A DNA stretch of 64,000 nucleotides from Chthoniobacterales bacterium (GCA_038207335.1 JBBQZX010000023.1:1-64000), one strand, 5' to 3'. Counted from the stretch's first letter, positions 19,130-31,183 are shown. Notes: generated from the letters alone by a model not told the origin. Numbers and translations are program-made.

Positions 19130-19564
19130 TCAGTGGAAGCCGTACGCCAGCGACCAATACGTGCGCTCGTCCGGCGATTTCTCGATCTCGACGATCAGGT
19201 AGTACGAGCCCGTTTTCTTCGGCACGATGCGCGCCGCGGCCATGTGGGGCTTCTGCCACGACTCGACCTCCGCAAGGTTCCCGTCGCTGTCGTAGATATG
19301 GATCGAAATCTTCGCGGCCTTTTGATCCGAGCCCATCCAGAACCAGTATTCGTTGCCTTTGAAAAGCTGATGGACAATGGCTTTGCTGCTCTTCACCGCG
19401 AGGTCTCCCCCCCAGTAATCCTCGCGGACGGTGTAGCCTTCCTTTACATACGGGTCGGCGGCTTCGAGCGCAAAAGAGAGCGCGTCGTCGATGGTGCCGT
19501 GCGCTTTTCCGGCGATGAAAAACACGCACAAAAGCGTGATGAATAAAGTGGCAAATCGCTTCAC
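19130..19564 (-). CDS. Secreted hypothetical protein (small beta-sandwich-like)
   Basis: GTG start, signal peptide ending AHG; co-oriented 15 nt after the upstream gene. Confidence 0.75.
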   Translation of the reverse strand: MKRFATLFITLLCVFFIAGKAHGTIDDALSFALEAADPYVKEGYTVREDYWGGDLAVKSSKAIVHQLFKGNEYWFWMGSDQKAAKISIHIYDSDGNLAEVESWQKPHMAAARIVPKKTGSYYLIVEIEKSPDERTYWSLAYGFH

Positions 19565-19579
19565 AAAAAAGGTTCCCGG

Positions 19580-20410
19580 TTAGTTCGACTTCGATTGAAT
19601 GGCCTTGATCAAATCGCCGGCGATGCCGCCGACTTCGTTCACGGTCTTTTCTGAAATATCCACGCCATCGGCCACGCCCATGAGAGGGCGAATCTCGATG
19701 AGTCCTTTTTGAACCTGCATGACAAGCGCCGTCTGCCGTCGCTTGTCCATCGTGGAGATGCGCTTTTCAAAATAGTCGAGGAGCATGGGCTGATGCAGCA
19801 GCTCCGCGCCGTCTTTGCTGAAGCGCTTTTTCACGACCTGCGTGAGCGCCTCGGTGCCGCGAATCCAACCGCCAAGACTGACGAGCTGCGAAAGTTCTTC
19901 GCTGTGCAGGAGCGTCATCGCCTGCCGCACATCGGCGAGAGCGCCGTCGAGTTCAACGCGCACTTTGTTCCAGTCCTTGCCATCCGCCGCGTCGATGATG
20001 CTCTGGCTGCGGCGCTGCACGGCTTTCTCCACATTGATCGCACGCGAAAGATTCAGCACGCTCTTGCCGATCTTTTTGACTTCCTCGGCATTCTCGGCCT
20101 CGACCGCAATGAAACCCTCGGCGATCACCGTGCCAAGCAGGAGCGAGGTCTGCTCGGCCCCGCCGCTCGGTGCTTTCGCGACGCCTCTCATCGGGCGTAA
20201 AACTTCGTTCCAATTCGGCTTGCCGAGCTTGTCGAGCACGCGGAAAACTTCGTTCGGCACAGGCACCACAACTTCGTCGATCATCTGAGTCGAGAGGCCC
20301 TGCACGTTGATTTTCGCGGGTGCCTCGGACTTGGTCGCAGGCGTGGGATCAGTTTCCGCGAAAAGGCACGGAGCGGCGGCGAGCAGGGCGAGCAGAGAGA
20401 GTTTCTTCAT
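19580..20410 (-). CDS. Secreted alpha-helical hypothetical protein
   Basis: Signal peptide MKKLSLLALLAAAPCLFA; 276-aa ORF with typical codon usage. Confidence 0.75.
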   Translation of the reverse strand: MKKLSLLALLAAAPCLFAETDPTPATKSEAPAKINVQGLSTQMIDEVVVPVPNEVFRVLDKLGKPNWNEVLRPMRGVAKAPSGGAEQTSLLLGTVIAEGFIAVEAENAEEVKKIGKSVLNLSRAINVEKAVQRRSQSIIDAADGKDWNKVRVELDGALADVRQAMTLLHSEELSQLVSLGGWIRGTEALTQVVKKRFSKDGAELLHQPMLLDYFEKRISTMDKRRQTALVMQVQKGLIEIRPLMGVADGVDISEKTVNEVGGIAGDLIKAIQSKSN

Positions 20411-20493
20411 ACGGAATGCGATCCAGACAGACATCGAAACTCAAAGGAGCCGCGCGCGCCCGGGCAAGCATTCTTTTGGTGAAGACGGATTTG

Positions 20494-20560
20494 GATTTGA
20501 GCAGGAAAACAGAAAAACAGGAAAGGGGCGGCGCTATTCTCCCGTTTTTCTGCTGAAATC
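20494..20560. repeat. REP-like imperfect palindrome with 8-nt periodic arm (CAGGAAAA x3)
   Basis: gatttgagcaggaaaacagaaa...ctcccgtttttctgctgaaatc. Confidence 0.55.
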
Positions 20561-20624
20561 TCATCGCTCCGTCTAAAACGCTTGTCCGCAGGCACGGATT
20601 CTTGCTTGGTGGACGGCTGACTTT

Positions 20625-21635
20625 ATGACTCCCCGAAACGGCATCCTCGCAGGCGGAAATTGGATTATCGACCATGTAAAAATGGTGGACACCTGGCCCG
20701 CGCAGGACGCGCTCTCGAATATCCTCGGTACCTCGCGCGGCACCGGCGGCTCGCCTTACAATATCCTCGTCGATCTCGCGCTGATGGGCGTTCCTTTCCC
20801 GCTCGAAGCCGCCGGGCTCGTCGGCGACGACGAAGACGGGCAGAGCATTTTCGACGACTGTGCGCGGCTCGGTATCGCCGCTGCGCAGATGAAGAAAATC
20901 TCCACCGCGCCCACAAGTTACACCGACGTGATGACCGTCCAGAGCAACGGCCGCCGGACCTTTTTCCACGCCCGCGGAGCCAATGCGCTGCTCGACTCCG
21001 AGCACTTTGATTTTACGAGATCTAACGCGCGCATGTTCCATCTCGGATACCTGCTGCTGCTCGATCGCATCGATTCGCCGAGCGCGACGCACGGCACGAT
21101 CGGCGCGGAAATTCTCGCCCGCGCGCAGGCCTCGGGGATGCGGACTTCGATCGATTGTGTGAGCGAGGACAGTGACCGTTTTGCGAAAATAGTGCTGCCC
21201 GCGCTGCCGCACGTCGATGTGTGCGTGATGAATGAATTCGAGGCCGGACGCGTGACGGGGCGCACAATCCGCGACGGCGATGCGCTCGACCGCGCCGCGC
21301 TGCGCGAGGCGATGGACGCACTCATCGAGGCCGGCGTGCGCGAGCAGGTCGTCGTGCATTTTCCCGAAGGCGCGTGCGCTCTTTCGCGGAACGGCACATG
21401 GCACGAGCACGGCAGCGTACGCCTGCCGGAGGGATATATCAAAGGCGCGGCCGGCGCGGGAGATGCCTTCACAGCAGGCGTCCTGCTTGGCGTGCATGAG
21501 GCGATGCCGGTGGAGGAGTCGCTGCGCATCGGTGTCTGCGCCGCCGCCGCGAATTTGAGCGACGAAACCTGCACCGGTGGACTGAAGCCCCTCGCAGATT
21601 GTTTGGCGCTCGGCGGAAAATTTGGGTTTCGGTGA
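20625..21635 (+). CDS. PfkB family carbohydrate kinase
   Basis: GGSPYN, GLVGDDEDG, MNEFEA, GAGDAF anion-hole motif. Confidence 0.9.
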   Translation: MTPRNGILAGGNWIIDHVKMVDTWPAQDALSNILGTSRGTGGSPYNILVDLALMGVPFPLEAAGLVGDDEDGQSIFDDCARLGIAAAQMKKISTAPTSYTDVMTVQSNGRRTFFHARGANALLDSEHFDFTRSNARMFHLGYLLLLDRIDSPSATHGTIGAEILARAQASGMRTSIDCVSEDSDRFAKIVLPALPHVDVCVMNEFEAGRVTGRTIRDGDALDRAALREAMDALIEAGVREQVVVHFPEGACALSRNGTWHEHGSVRLPEGYIKGAAGAGDAFTAGVLLGVHEAMPVEESLRIGVCAAAANLSDETCTGGLKPLADCLALGGKFGFR

Positions 21636-21727
21636 ATTAAGCTGTCACAGGGATCGCTAACCCCGACGACAGCGAAAAAATTCCGCGCTCGCTCGCGAAC
21701 CGCTTCGCTGCTTGATTCCGCGGCCTT

Positions 21728-23263
21728 ATGTCTAAGCCTGTTGTGCTCATTATTCGTGATGGTTGGGGGGTCAATCCCGGCGGGGCCGCGCACGCCGAGG
21801 CCAATGGCGATGCCACGCTTCTCGCGCGCACGCCTTTCCACGAGAAGCTCTATGCCGCGTATCCGCAGGCGCGGCTCAGCGCGAGCGGCATGGACGTCGG
21901 ACTTCCGGAAGGCCAGATGGGCAACAGCGAGGTCGGCCATCTGAATCTCGGCGCGGGACGCATCGTTTATCAGGACCTCACGCGCATCAACAAAGCCATC
22001 GCCGACGGCGAACTCGCCACGAACGCCGTACTTCAGGAAGCGTTCGCGAAGGCCAAAAATTCGCGCCTGCATTTCCTCGGACTGGTCTCCGACGGCGGCG
22101 TACACAGCCATCAGAATCATCTCATCGCGCTAGCCAAAGCCGCACACGATGCAGGCGTGAACGACATCATGGTCCATGCGATCACCGATGGTCGCGACAC
22201 ATCGCCGACTGGCGGCGCGGATTTTCTGACCAAAGTCCAAGCCGGGCTGATGCCCAGCGGCGCGCAAATCGCGACGGTCATCGGGCGCTACTACGCGATG
22301 GATCGCGACCAGCGCTGGGATCGCAATAAACTCGCGTGGGACGCCATTGTCCTCGGTCGCGGCGCGGTGTCGGACTTGCCGCCCAGCGCCGCCGTCCACG
22401 CCGCCTATGAAAAGGAACCGCGCGGCGATGAGTTCCTGCTGCCGATCATCTTCTCGCACACCAATGAGCAGCGCGTCCGCGATGGCGATGTCGTGCTGTG
22501 GTTCAATTTCCGCGCCGACCGCGCGCGTCAGCTCTCGATCGCTTTTCTCCAAAAGGAATTCGTGAACTTCGATCGTGAAGTCCATCCCGCCGTCCACTAC
22601 GTCACGCTGACCGATTATGACAAGTCTTACGGCTGCCCCGTCGCATTCATGCCGCAATCGCTCGCTCGCATCCTCGGCGAAGTCGTCAGCGCAGCGGGGC
22701 TGAAACAACTGCGCATCGCCGAGACCGAAAAATATCCGCACGTCACTTTCTTTTTCAACGGCGGCACAGAGGCTCCGTTTCCCGGCGAAGACCGCGAAAT
22801 CGTGCCGTCGCCGAAAGACGTGCCGACCTACGATTTCAAGCCCGAGATGAGCGCGCCGGAAGTCACGCGCCGCGTCCTTGAGCGCCTCGACCGCTACGAC
22901 CTCGTCATCCTGAATTTCGCAAACCCCGACATGGTCGGCCACACTGGCGTCGTCCCCGCCGGGATCCGCGCCGTCGAGACCATCGACGACGCCGTGCGGC
23001 AGGTCGTCGAGAAAACCCTCGCCCTCGGCGGGCAACTCCTCATCACCGCCGACCACGGAAACTGCGAGCAAATGCGCAACGCCGACGGCTCACCGAACAC
23101 CGCTCACACGACCAATCTCGTCCACCTCCTCTACGTTGCCCCAGACACCGCCGGAGCCACCCTCGACAGCGGCATCCTCGCCGACGTCTCGCCCACGCTC
23201 CTCGCGATGCTAGGCGTCCCGCAGCCCGCGGAGATGACCGGGAAAAATCTCATCCATCGGTAG
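21728..23263 (+). CDS. gpmI: 2,3-bisphosphoglycerate-independent phosphoglycerate mutase
   Basis: DGWG, GQMGNSEVGH, SDGGVHSH, GRYYAMDRD, AETEKYPHVT, NPDMVGHTG, TADHGN. Confidence 0.97.
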   Translation: MSKPVVLIIRDGWGVNPGGAAHAEANGDATLLARTPFHEKLYAAYPQARLSASGMDVGLPEGQMGNSEVGHLNLGAGRIVYQDLTRINKAIADGELATNAVLQEAFAKAKNSRLHFLGLVSDGGVHSHQNHLIALAKAAHDAGVNDIMVHAITDGRDTSPTGGADFLTKVQAGLMPSGAQIATVIGRYYAMDRDQRWDRNKLAWDAIVLGRGAVSDLPPSAAVHAAYEKEPRGDEFLLPIIFSHTNEQRVRDGDVVLWFNFRADRARQLSIAFLQKEFVNFDREVHPAVHYVTLTDYDKSYGCPVAFMPQSLARILGEVVSAAGLKQLRIAETEKYPHVTFFFNGGTEAPFPGEDREIVPSPKDVPTYDFKPEMSAPEVTRRVLERLDRYDLVILNFANPDMVGHTGVVPAGIRAVETIDDAVRQVVEKTLALGGQLLITADHGNCEQMRNADGSPNTAHTTNLVHLLYVAPDTAGATLDSGILADVSPTLLAMLGVPQPAEMTGKNLIHR

Positions 23264-23307
23264 CCAACAGCGCCAGTCCCGAATCGGCCACCCAGCTTGA
23301 TTCCCAG

Positions 23308-23688
23308 CTACTCGCGCGAGCGGTGCGACATTTGCACCGCGTACACGAAAATCACGAACGCCGCGCACGCGCCGACCGATGATAAGAGCTCCTTGAGCGT
23401 CGGTGGCACGATCAGGGTGAAGCCTTGATTTTTGATCAGCGACGAAAAGCTCGAGACACAAAAAGGCATCAGGAAAAGTCGGAACGTCTGCCATCCATCC
23501 GGTTTGCTCGCGGACTTTCCGCCGACGCTCAGGATCAGCGCAAAGCCAATGACTGCGCTGATTCCCAGCGAGTTCAGCCAGATGCGCGGCGACGGATCGA
23601 AGTGGTGGAAAACCGTGACGAGATACCAAAGCAGGTAACACCAAAGGACGATCCGGCCGGTGGAAAGGGAAGCGAAGTAGCGGAGCAT
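23308..23688 (-). CDS. Small multi-TM hypothetical membrane protein
   Basis: About 4 hydrophobic helices (VLWCYLLWYLVTV, WLNSLGISAVIGFALIL, FRLFLMPFCVSSFS). Confidence 0.7.
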   Translation of the reverse strand: MLRYFASLSTGRIVLWCYLLWYLVTVFHHFDPSPRIWLNSLGISAVIGFALILSVGGKSASKPDGWQTFRLFLMPFCVSSFSSLIKNQGFTLIVPPTLKELLSSVGACAAFVIFVYAVQMSHRSRE

Positions 23689-23903
23689 TGCGCTCAAAAG
23701 CTGCGCGGTGCCGCGAAAAATCGGGAGGGGAAAATGGGGAACATTCAGATGAGGCACGGACGCCTCCCGGTAGCGCACTCTCCGATTTTTTCCTCTCGTC
23801 CTTTCCGCCGCGCGTGCCGCGATCGCCGCCGTTAAAAACCACCCAACTCCTTCGGTTTTGCGATTGCCCGACGCGGCGCGAGGTGCTTCCTTCTCCGCCT
23901 CCT

Positions 23904-23974
23904 TGCCCGATGGTGTAATGGTAGCACAGGCGACTTTGACTCGCCTAGTCTAGGTTCGAACCCTGGTCGGGCAG
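23904..23974 (+). tRNA. tRNA-Gln (anticodon TTG), CCA not encoded
   Basis: Acceptor TGCCCGA/TCGGGCA, D-arm GGTGTAATGGTAGCAC, anticodon arm GGCGA-CTTTGAC-TCGCC, T-loop GTTCGAA. Confidence 0.97.
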
Positions 23975-24064
23975 GTGCCTTCGCTAATTCTTTGCGGAGT
24001 CGGCATAATAAAAAATGCGGCGATGTGTCACAAACCGCAGGAGTGCGCGGGGAATACGGTGAAC

Positions 24065-24532
24065 ATGAATACTTCCACCTCACCTTCCCGCAACGCAGCG
24101 CCCCGCACGTGCCATTTTCACCACTCCCGCAAAGCCACGCCTCCGCTCGAAGGCCCGCAACCGTTGCGAATTCTCGTCGTCGATGATGAGACGTCGATCC
24201 GCGAGGTGCTGCGCTGGAGCCTGGAGAGGGAGGGGCATTTCGTGGGCGAGGCTGCGGATGGAGTGACGGGGTTGGAGCGTTTCCGCGATGGAAAGTGGGA
24301 CATCGTGCTGACGGATCGCGCGATGCCGTGGATGGATGGCATCGCGCTCGCGCGGGAGATCAGGGCAATCGCTCCCGAAATTCCGATCCTGCTCGTGACA
24401 GGTTCGGGTGCGGCGCACGAAATGGAGATTGCGACCGATGTGGTGGACATGGTGGTGATGAAGCCTTTCCGAATCGCCGCGCTGCACGAGGCGATTCGGC
24501 AGGTGACGGTGGGGCAGGCGACGCGGTTTTAG
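24065..24532 (+). CDS. Single-domain response regulator (CheY-like)
   Basis: ILVVDDE, DIVLTDRAMP.MDG, LLVTG, MKPF; start uncertain. Confidence 0.85.
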   Translation: MNTSTSPSRNAAPRTCHFHHSRKATPPLEGPQPLRILVVDDETSIREVLRWSLEREGHFVGEAADGVTGLERFRDGKWDIVLTDRAMPWMDGIALAREIRAIAPEIPILLVTGSGAAHEMEIATDVVDMVVMKPFRIAALHEAIRQVTVGQATRF

Positions 24533-24613
24533 AAATGCTTGGAGACGCGAGCAGAACGCGCAGAAAAATGCGTTGCAATTGCCGGAATGCCTCCTACATT
24601 CCGCGCCCTTCGT

Positions 24614-24883
24614 ATGGCAAAAACCAGTTCGCTCGAAAAAGAAAAACGCAAAGCCGCCACCGTCGCCAAGTACGCCGCAAAGCGCGCGGAACTCAAGGCG
24701 GCAGGCGATTACATCGGCCTCTCCCTGCTCCCGCGGGATGCGAGCCCGGTGCGCGGCAGCAAGCGCTGCCTGGCCACCGGCCGCAAGCGCGCATTCATCG
24801 GCCGCTTCAAACTTTCGCGTATCGCGTTTCGCGAACTGGCGTCCAATGGGTTCATCCCCGGCGTGACAAAATCGAGCTGGTAA
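24614..24883 (+). CDS. rpsN: 30S ribosomal protein S14 (89-aa, C-minus type)
   Basis: LPRDASPVR...RCLATGRKR...LSRIAFRELA.NG.IPGVTKSSW. Confidence 0.97.
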   Translation: MAKTSSLEKEKRKAATVAKYAAKRAELKAAGDYIGLSLLPRDASPVRGSKRCLATGRKRAFIGRFKLSRIAFRELASNGFIPGVTKSSW

Positions 24884-24910
24884 GCTCCTTCCCACAGATT
24901 TCCTTCCTTC

Positions 24911-24952
24911 GAGTCGCGGGCTCTTTCTGAGCCCGCGGCTCGTTTCTTTTTC
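24911..24952 (+). terminator. Rho-independent terminator after rpsN
   Basis: GAGTCGCGGGCTC-tttct-GAGCCCGCGGCTC followed by GTTTCTTTTTT. Confidence 0.85.
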
Positions 24953-24957
24953 ACCCG

Positions 24958-26322
24958 ATGACCTTCCCCTCGATGCTCGCTGAGCACGGCGGACTCGCGT
25001 CGCAGTGGGATGCGCCCGGCGTCATCACGGCGAATCTCGTCGCGATCGTCGTCATCGTTTTGCTTAACGGCTTTTTCGTCGCGGCAGAGTTCGCGCTCAT
25101 CAAAGTGCGTAGCAGCCAGCTCGACACCCTCGTGGAGGAAGGCGACTCGCGCGCCAAACTCGCTCGACACATCACCGGCCATCTCGACGCCTATCTTTCC
25201 TGCACGCAGTTCGGCGTCACGATGGCCAGCCTCGCGCTGGGCTGGATCGGCGAGCCGTACTTTTCACACCTGCTCCAACCGTTCTTTTTCCTCGTCGGCA
25301 TCACGTCGCCCGGCCTCATCTCAGGGCTATCGGTCGGTATCGGATTCGTCGCGATCACCTTCCTCCACATCATCCTCGGCGAACTCGCGCCGAAGTATCT
25401 TTCCATCCGCGATCCGCTCTCGATGGCGCTGCTGCTGGTCCGTCCGCTCCAGCTATTCAACACAGTTTTCAAGCCGGTCATCTGGACGCTGAACTGGTCG
25501 TCCAATCTTATCCTGCGCAAGTGGCTCCGCATCACGCCGGTCGGCGACGCGGAGCTCGCGCACAGCGAGGAGGAGCTGCGGATCATCCTCGCGGAGAGCG
25601 AAAAATCGGACGAAGTCACGTCGCTCGGAAAAGAGATTCTCATCAACGCGCTCGACATGCGGCGGCGCGTAGTGCGCGACATCACCACGCCGCGCGGCGA
25701 GGTCGTTTTTCTGAACACGGAGGAGACGTTCGAGGAAAATCTGAAGACCGCGCTGGAGTCGCGGCACACGCGTTTTCCGCTGTGCGAGGGGCATCTCGAC
25801 GACACCGTCGGGCTCGTTCACATCAAGGATTTGCTCTTGCTCATGCGTCAGGAAAAGCCCGACCTGCACGCGATCAAACGCGAGATTTTCCCAGTGCCGG
25901 AAATGATGCCGCTGGAAAAACTACTCACCTTTTTCCTGACGAAACACGGGCATCTCGCGCTGGTCGTGGACGAGTACGGCGGCACGGTCGGAGTCGTGAC
26001 GCTCGACAATGTACTGGAGGAACTGGTGGGCGATATTCAGGACGAATTCGACGCCGAGAAGCCGGAGCTGCGGCAGGTAAGCGAAGGCGAATTCGAGGTC
26101 GAGGGGTCGCTCGGATTGTACGAGCTGAACGACCTCATGGGCTTGGAACTCGAGAGCGCGGATGTGAGCACGATCGGCGGATACGTCACGCATCTCATCG
26201 GCCATCTGCCGAAGCAGGGAGAGCAAACGCACATCGAAGATTACGTCGTGACGATCACGGAAACCGACGGGCGTCGGGTTGTGCGATTGCACCTCAAGCG
26301 GGAGACGGAAAAAGTCGCGTAA
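24958..26322 (+). CDS. HlyC/CorC (CNNM-CBS-CorC) family transporter
   Basis: [38 protein letters not shown]. Confidence 0.92.
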   Translation: MTFPSMLAEHGGLASQWDAPGVITANLVAIVVIVLLNGFFVAAEFALIKVRSSQLDTLVEEGDSRAKLARHITGHLDAYLSCTQFGVTMASLALGWIGEPYFSHLLQPFFFLVGITSPGLISGLSVGIGFVAITFLHIILGELAPKYLSIRDPLSMALLLVRPLQLFNTVFKPVIWTLNWSSNLILRKWLRITPVGDAELAHSEEELRIILAESEKSDEVTSLGKEILINALDMRRRVVRDITTPRGEVVFLNTEETFEENLKTALESRHTRFPLCEGHLDDTVGLVHIKDLLLLMRQEKPDLHAIKREIFPVPEMMPLEKLLTFFLTKHGHLALVVDEYGGTVGVVTLDNVLEELVGDIQDEFDAEKPELRQVSEGEFEVEGSLGLYELNDLMGLELESADVSTIGGYVTHLIGHLPKQGEQTHIEDYVVTITETDGRRVVRLHLKRETEKVA

Positions 26323-26380
26323 GCTGTCGCGGAATGCGTTCCGACTTCCCCTCCCGCGCCGGCTCGGTGAACTTGCCCGC

Positions 26381-26761
26381 ATGAAATTTCTGCGTCCCCT
26401 CGCGCTCCTTGCCGCGCTCGTTTTCCTGCCCGGCTGCGCGAGCATAGTCACCGGCACGCACAAGACCATCCGCGTGACCAGCGACCCGCCCGGCGCGCTG
26501 CTGAAGCTCGACGGCGACACGCGCGCTACCACTCCTGGCGTGCTGCACCCGTCGCTCCGCAGCGACCACGTCGTCACGATCGAGGCGGCCGGCTACGAAC
26601 CGTACGAAGTGAAGCTCGTGCGGAAATTGAGCGACTGGGAATTTGGAAACGCTGCCGTCGGCATCACGCCCGGCGTCGCCTTAGACAGCGCGACTGGGGC
26701 GATCTACCGATTCGAGCCCAGCGAAATCAATGCGCAACTCCGCCCACTGCGCCGCCGCTGA
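26381..26761 (+). CDS. PEGA-domain lipoprotein
   Basis: Lipobox LPGC; VTSDPPGA, TTP, GYEP, D.ATGAIY. Confidence 0.8.
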   Translation: MKFLRPLALLAALVFLPGCASIVTGTHKTIRVTSDPPGALLKLDGDTRATTPGVLHPSLRSDHVVTIEAAGYEPYEVKLVRKLSDWEFGNAAVGITPGVALDSATGAIYRFEPSEINAQLRPLRRR

Positions 26762-26824
26762 TCGTCGCTCCTAATTTATCCACTCCCCGCAGAATCTCCC
26801 CTGCTCAAGAATCATCTCTTACCC

Positions 26825-29800
26825 ATGAAAAACGTCTCGCTCACCTCCCTCGCGATCCTCACCGGCACAATTGCTTTTCTCCCGCTCAAAGTACTCGCGG
26901 AGCCCCAGTGGATCTGGAGTTCAAAACACGCACAGGACGGGGAAAAAGCGACTTTCGTAAAGCAATTCAGCGTCGCCGGTGCTGTGAAATCCGCGACGCT
27001 CGCGCTGACTTGCGACAATGGCGCGACCGCGATTTTGAACGGGAAAACGGCGGCGGAAAATCCCGATTGGATGGAGCCCGTGAAGGCCGATGTAACCAAA
27101 CTTTTGAAGGTCGGCGTGAATGAATTTCGGATCGACGCGAGGAATGCTGACGGAACGGCGGCGGTGGTCGCGATTCTGACGATCGAGACGGCGGATGGGA
27201 AAAAACAGGTCGTCGAGACGGGCGATGACTGGCAGATCACTCCGGCGGGGAGTTCGCTGGCAAAGCCCGCGGTGGTGATCGCGAAATATGGCGCGGCACC
27301 GTGGGGCGATGTTTTTGCGGGCGCGAAAAAGGGCGGGCGGCGCGGGGCTGCATCGCAGGTGGTGACGGACGCGGAGAGCATCGAGGTCGCCCCGGGCTTC
27401 AAAGTGGAGTTGCTCTACACCGTGCCGAAAGCGGATCAGGGGTCGTGGGTTTCGATGACGGTTGATCCGAAAGGGCGGCTCATCATGGGCGATCAAAACG
27501 GCGGATTTTATCGCGTGACTGTGCCGCCGATCGGCACGAGCGAGGGGACGAAAGTGGAGCCGCTGCCGATGCCGAAAAGCGTCGATGGCAAGACGATCGC
27601 CGGCGCGCACGGATCGCTCTACGCCTTTGGCAGCCTGTATCTGCAGCTCCAGGACAATGCGAATTTCAAGCCCGGCGAAGCGCCCGAGCACGGCCTTTGG
27701 CGCGTGCGCGACACGGATGGAGACGACCAATTCGACAAGGCTGAATTGCTCCGGCATTCCGAGGGCAGCGGCGAGCACGGGCCACATTCGATCGTCGTGA
27801 GCCCAGATGGAAAATCGCTCTTTTTCAACAACGGCAACCACACGAAACCGGCGGATCACTTTGAAGAATCACGCGCGCCGCGGGCGTGGCAGGAGGATGA
27901 AATAATCCCGCGGATGTGGGATGGAAATGGCCACGCAAAGGGCATCGTCGCGCCGGGCGGCGTGATTTATAAAGCCGATCCCGAGGGCAAGACGGTGGAG
28001 CTTTTCGATGACGGCTATCGCAACGAATTCGACATCGCCTTCGACGCGAACGGCGAGCTCTTCACCTTTGACGCCGACATGGAGTGGGACATCGGATCGC
28101 CGTGGTATCGCCCCACACGCATCGTCCACGCGGTAAGCGGCGCTGATTACGGCTGGCGCAGCGGCGCGGGAAAGTGGCAGACCTATTTCGAAGACTCGCT
28201 GCCGGGGACGCTGGACATCGGGCCGGGCTCGCCGACGGGCGTCGTCTTCGGCACAGGCGCGAAATTTCCCGCGAAATATCAGCGCGCGTTTTTCGCAGCG
28301 GATTGGACTTACGGGACGATGTACGCGGTGCTGCTGACGCCGGACGGCGCGACGTTCAAGGCGGAGAAAACGGAGTTCGTCTCGGGCAAGCCGCTGCCGC
28401 TCACAGACATGATCATCCATCCGAAAGACGGCGCGATGTACTTCGCAGTCGGCGGGCGCAAAACGCAGTCCGCGCTGTATCGCGTGACCTACACGGGCAG
28501 CGAGAGCACCACGCCTGCCGCGCCGTACGCAATCCCCGCCGCGATGAAATTGCGGCGCGACCTCGAGACGCTGCATCTTCCCGGCACCGGTCCGGATGCA
28601 ATCGATAAAGCGTGGCCGTCGCTGGCTCACGCGGATCGCTTCGTCCGCACCGCGGCACGCATCGCGATCGAGCGGCAGCCGGCGGCGAAGTGGAACGCCC
28701 GCGCGCTCGCGGAGACCAATCCGCAAGCCTCGATCGAGGCGCTCATCGCGCTGGCGCGCATCGGTCGCAGCCCCGCCGCAGCCGCCGCCGCGCTCGCGCA
28801 AAATGGCGCGCCGGGCAACACAAACGCCGGCATCTGGCCAACGCTGCCGGAGGATCGGGAGCTTCAGGCGAAAATCCTTGCGGTGCTCGCGAAGCATGAT
28901 TTTACAAAGCTCGACGCGGACGGCCGCCTCCAGCTCCTGCGCGCGTACGAGCTCGCTTTCACCCGTCTCGGCAAGCCCGCGCCGGAGGTTTGCGCAAAAG
29001 TTGCCGCGCGCCTCGAACCGCTCTTCCCGAACGCCGATTGGCGCGCGGATCGCGAACTTGTCGGACTGCTCGTTTTCCTCGACTCGCAGACCGTCGTGGC
29101 GAAGACAGTGCCGTTGCTCGACACGACTGTGGATACCGACACCACGATCGCCGACGACGCCGTGCTCGCGCGCAACGAAAACTACGCAAAGGCAGTCGAT
29201 GCGATGCACTCGAGCCGTCCAAACAAGCAGGCGATTTACTACGCATACGCGCTGCGCAACGCGACCGCCGGATGGACACCCGCGCTTCGAAAGAGCTTCT
29301 TTGCTTGGTTCCCGCGCACTCAGGCGTGGCGCGGCGGCAATAGCTTCCCGAAATTTCTCGAGAACATCCGCACCGAGGCGCTCGCTAATTGCGTGACCGA
29401 CGCGGGTGAGCGCAACGCCCTCGCAGACCTTTCCAAAGCCGCGCCTCCCGCCGCGTCGGCCAACTTCGTGGCGCCGAAAGGGCCCGGCAAAAACTACAGC
29501 GTCGATGACGTGGCGGCGCTCGCGAAGGATGGCTTGAAGAAGCGCAATTTTGAGCAGGGCAAGGCGATGTTCACGTCCACGCTGTGCAGCACATGCCATC
29601 ACTTCAACGGCACCGGCGGCAACATCGGCCCGGACCTCACTGGCGCGGGCAATCGCTACACGCTGCGAGACCTGACCGAGAACATCGTCGAACCGTCGAA
29701 GGTCATCAGCGACCAGTACGGCAGCGAGCAGATCACGCTCAAGAACGGCGATCTCGTGATCGGCCGCGTGGTCGTGGAGGAAAATGGAAAGCTCTTCGTG

Positions 29801-29986
29801 ATGGCCAGCCCACTCGCGCCAAACGACCTCACACCAGTCGATGCCGCGAGCGTGAAATTTCGCGCGCCGTATCCCGTCTCAATGATGCCGCCGGGGCTCA
29901 TCAACACGCTGAATCCCGACGAACTCCTAGACCTTATCGCCTACATCCAATCCGGCGGAAATCCGAACGACAAGGCCTTCAAATAG
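26825..29986 (+). CDS. PVC-type heme-binding (CxxCH) beta-propeller dehydrogenase-like protein with HEAT-like repeats
   Basis: Signal peptide; EHGPH, GYRNEFD, DADMEWD; C-terminal CSTCH...GPDLT...SMMPPGL cytochrome c domain. Confidence 0.85.
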   Translation: MKNVSLTSLAILTGTIAFLPLKVLAEPQWIWSSKHAQDGEKATFVKQFSVAGAVKSATLALTCDNGATAILNGKTAAENPDWMEPVKADVTKLLKVGVNEFRIDARNADGTAAVVAILTIETADGKKQVVETGDDWQITPAGSSLAKPAVVIAKYGAAPWGDVFAGAKKGGRRGAASQVVTDAESIEVAPGFKVELLYTVPKADQGSWVSMTVDPKGRLIMGDQNGGFYRVTVPPIGTSEGTKVEPLPMPKSVDGKTIAGAHGSLYAFGSLYLQLQDNANFKPGEAPEHGLWRVRDTDGDDQFDKAELLRHSEGSGEHGPHSIVVSPDGKSLFFNNGNHTKPADHFEESRAPRAWQEDEIIPRMWDGNGHAKGIVAPGGVIYKADPEGKTVELFDDGYRNEFDIAFDANGELFTFDADMEWDIGSPWYRPTRIVHAVSGADYGWRSGAGKWQTYFEDSLPGTLDIGPGSPTGVVFGTGAKFPAKYQRAFFAADWTYGTMYAVLLTPDGATFKAEKTEFVSGKPLPLTDMIIHPKDGAMYFAVGGRKTQSALYRVTYTGSESTTPAAPYAIPAAMKLRRDLETLHLPGTGPDAIDKAWPSLAHADRFVRTAARIAIERQPAAKWNARALAETNPQASIEALIALARIGRSPAAAAAALAQNGAPGNTNAGIWPTLPEDRELQAKILAVLAKHDFTKLDADGRLQLLRAYELAFTRLGKPAPEVCAKVAARLEPLFPNADWRADRELVGLLVFLDSQTVVAKTVPLLDTTVDTDTTIADDAVLARNENYAKAVDAMHSSRPNKQAIYYAYALRNATAGWTPALRKSFFAWFPRTQAWRGGNSFPKFLENIRTEALANCVTDAGERNALADLSKAAPPAASANFVAPKGPGKNYSVDDVAALAKDGLKKRNFEQGKAMFTSTLCSTCHHFNGTGGNIGPDLTGAGNRYTLRDLTENIVEPSKVISDQYGSEQITLKNGDLVIGRVVVEENGKLFVMASPLAPNDLTPVDAASVKFRAPYPVSMMPPGLINTLNPDELLDLIAYIQSGGNPNDKAFK

Positions 29987-30048
29987 TCGCTGCTTAAGAC
30001 GACAAACTTGTTGCGTCGGAGCGTGCGCGTTCGCACTGTGGGCACCGC

Positions 30049-31152
<1,104 letters not shown>

Positions 31153-31183
31153 GATTTTGGTAATCCTCGGTCGCTAATTCTCC

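Noticed and set aside
23904..24060. tRNA-Gln as an integration site for an island
   Set aside because: No integrase and no duplicated tRNA 3' end seen in the window
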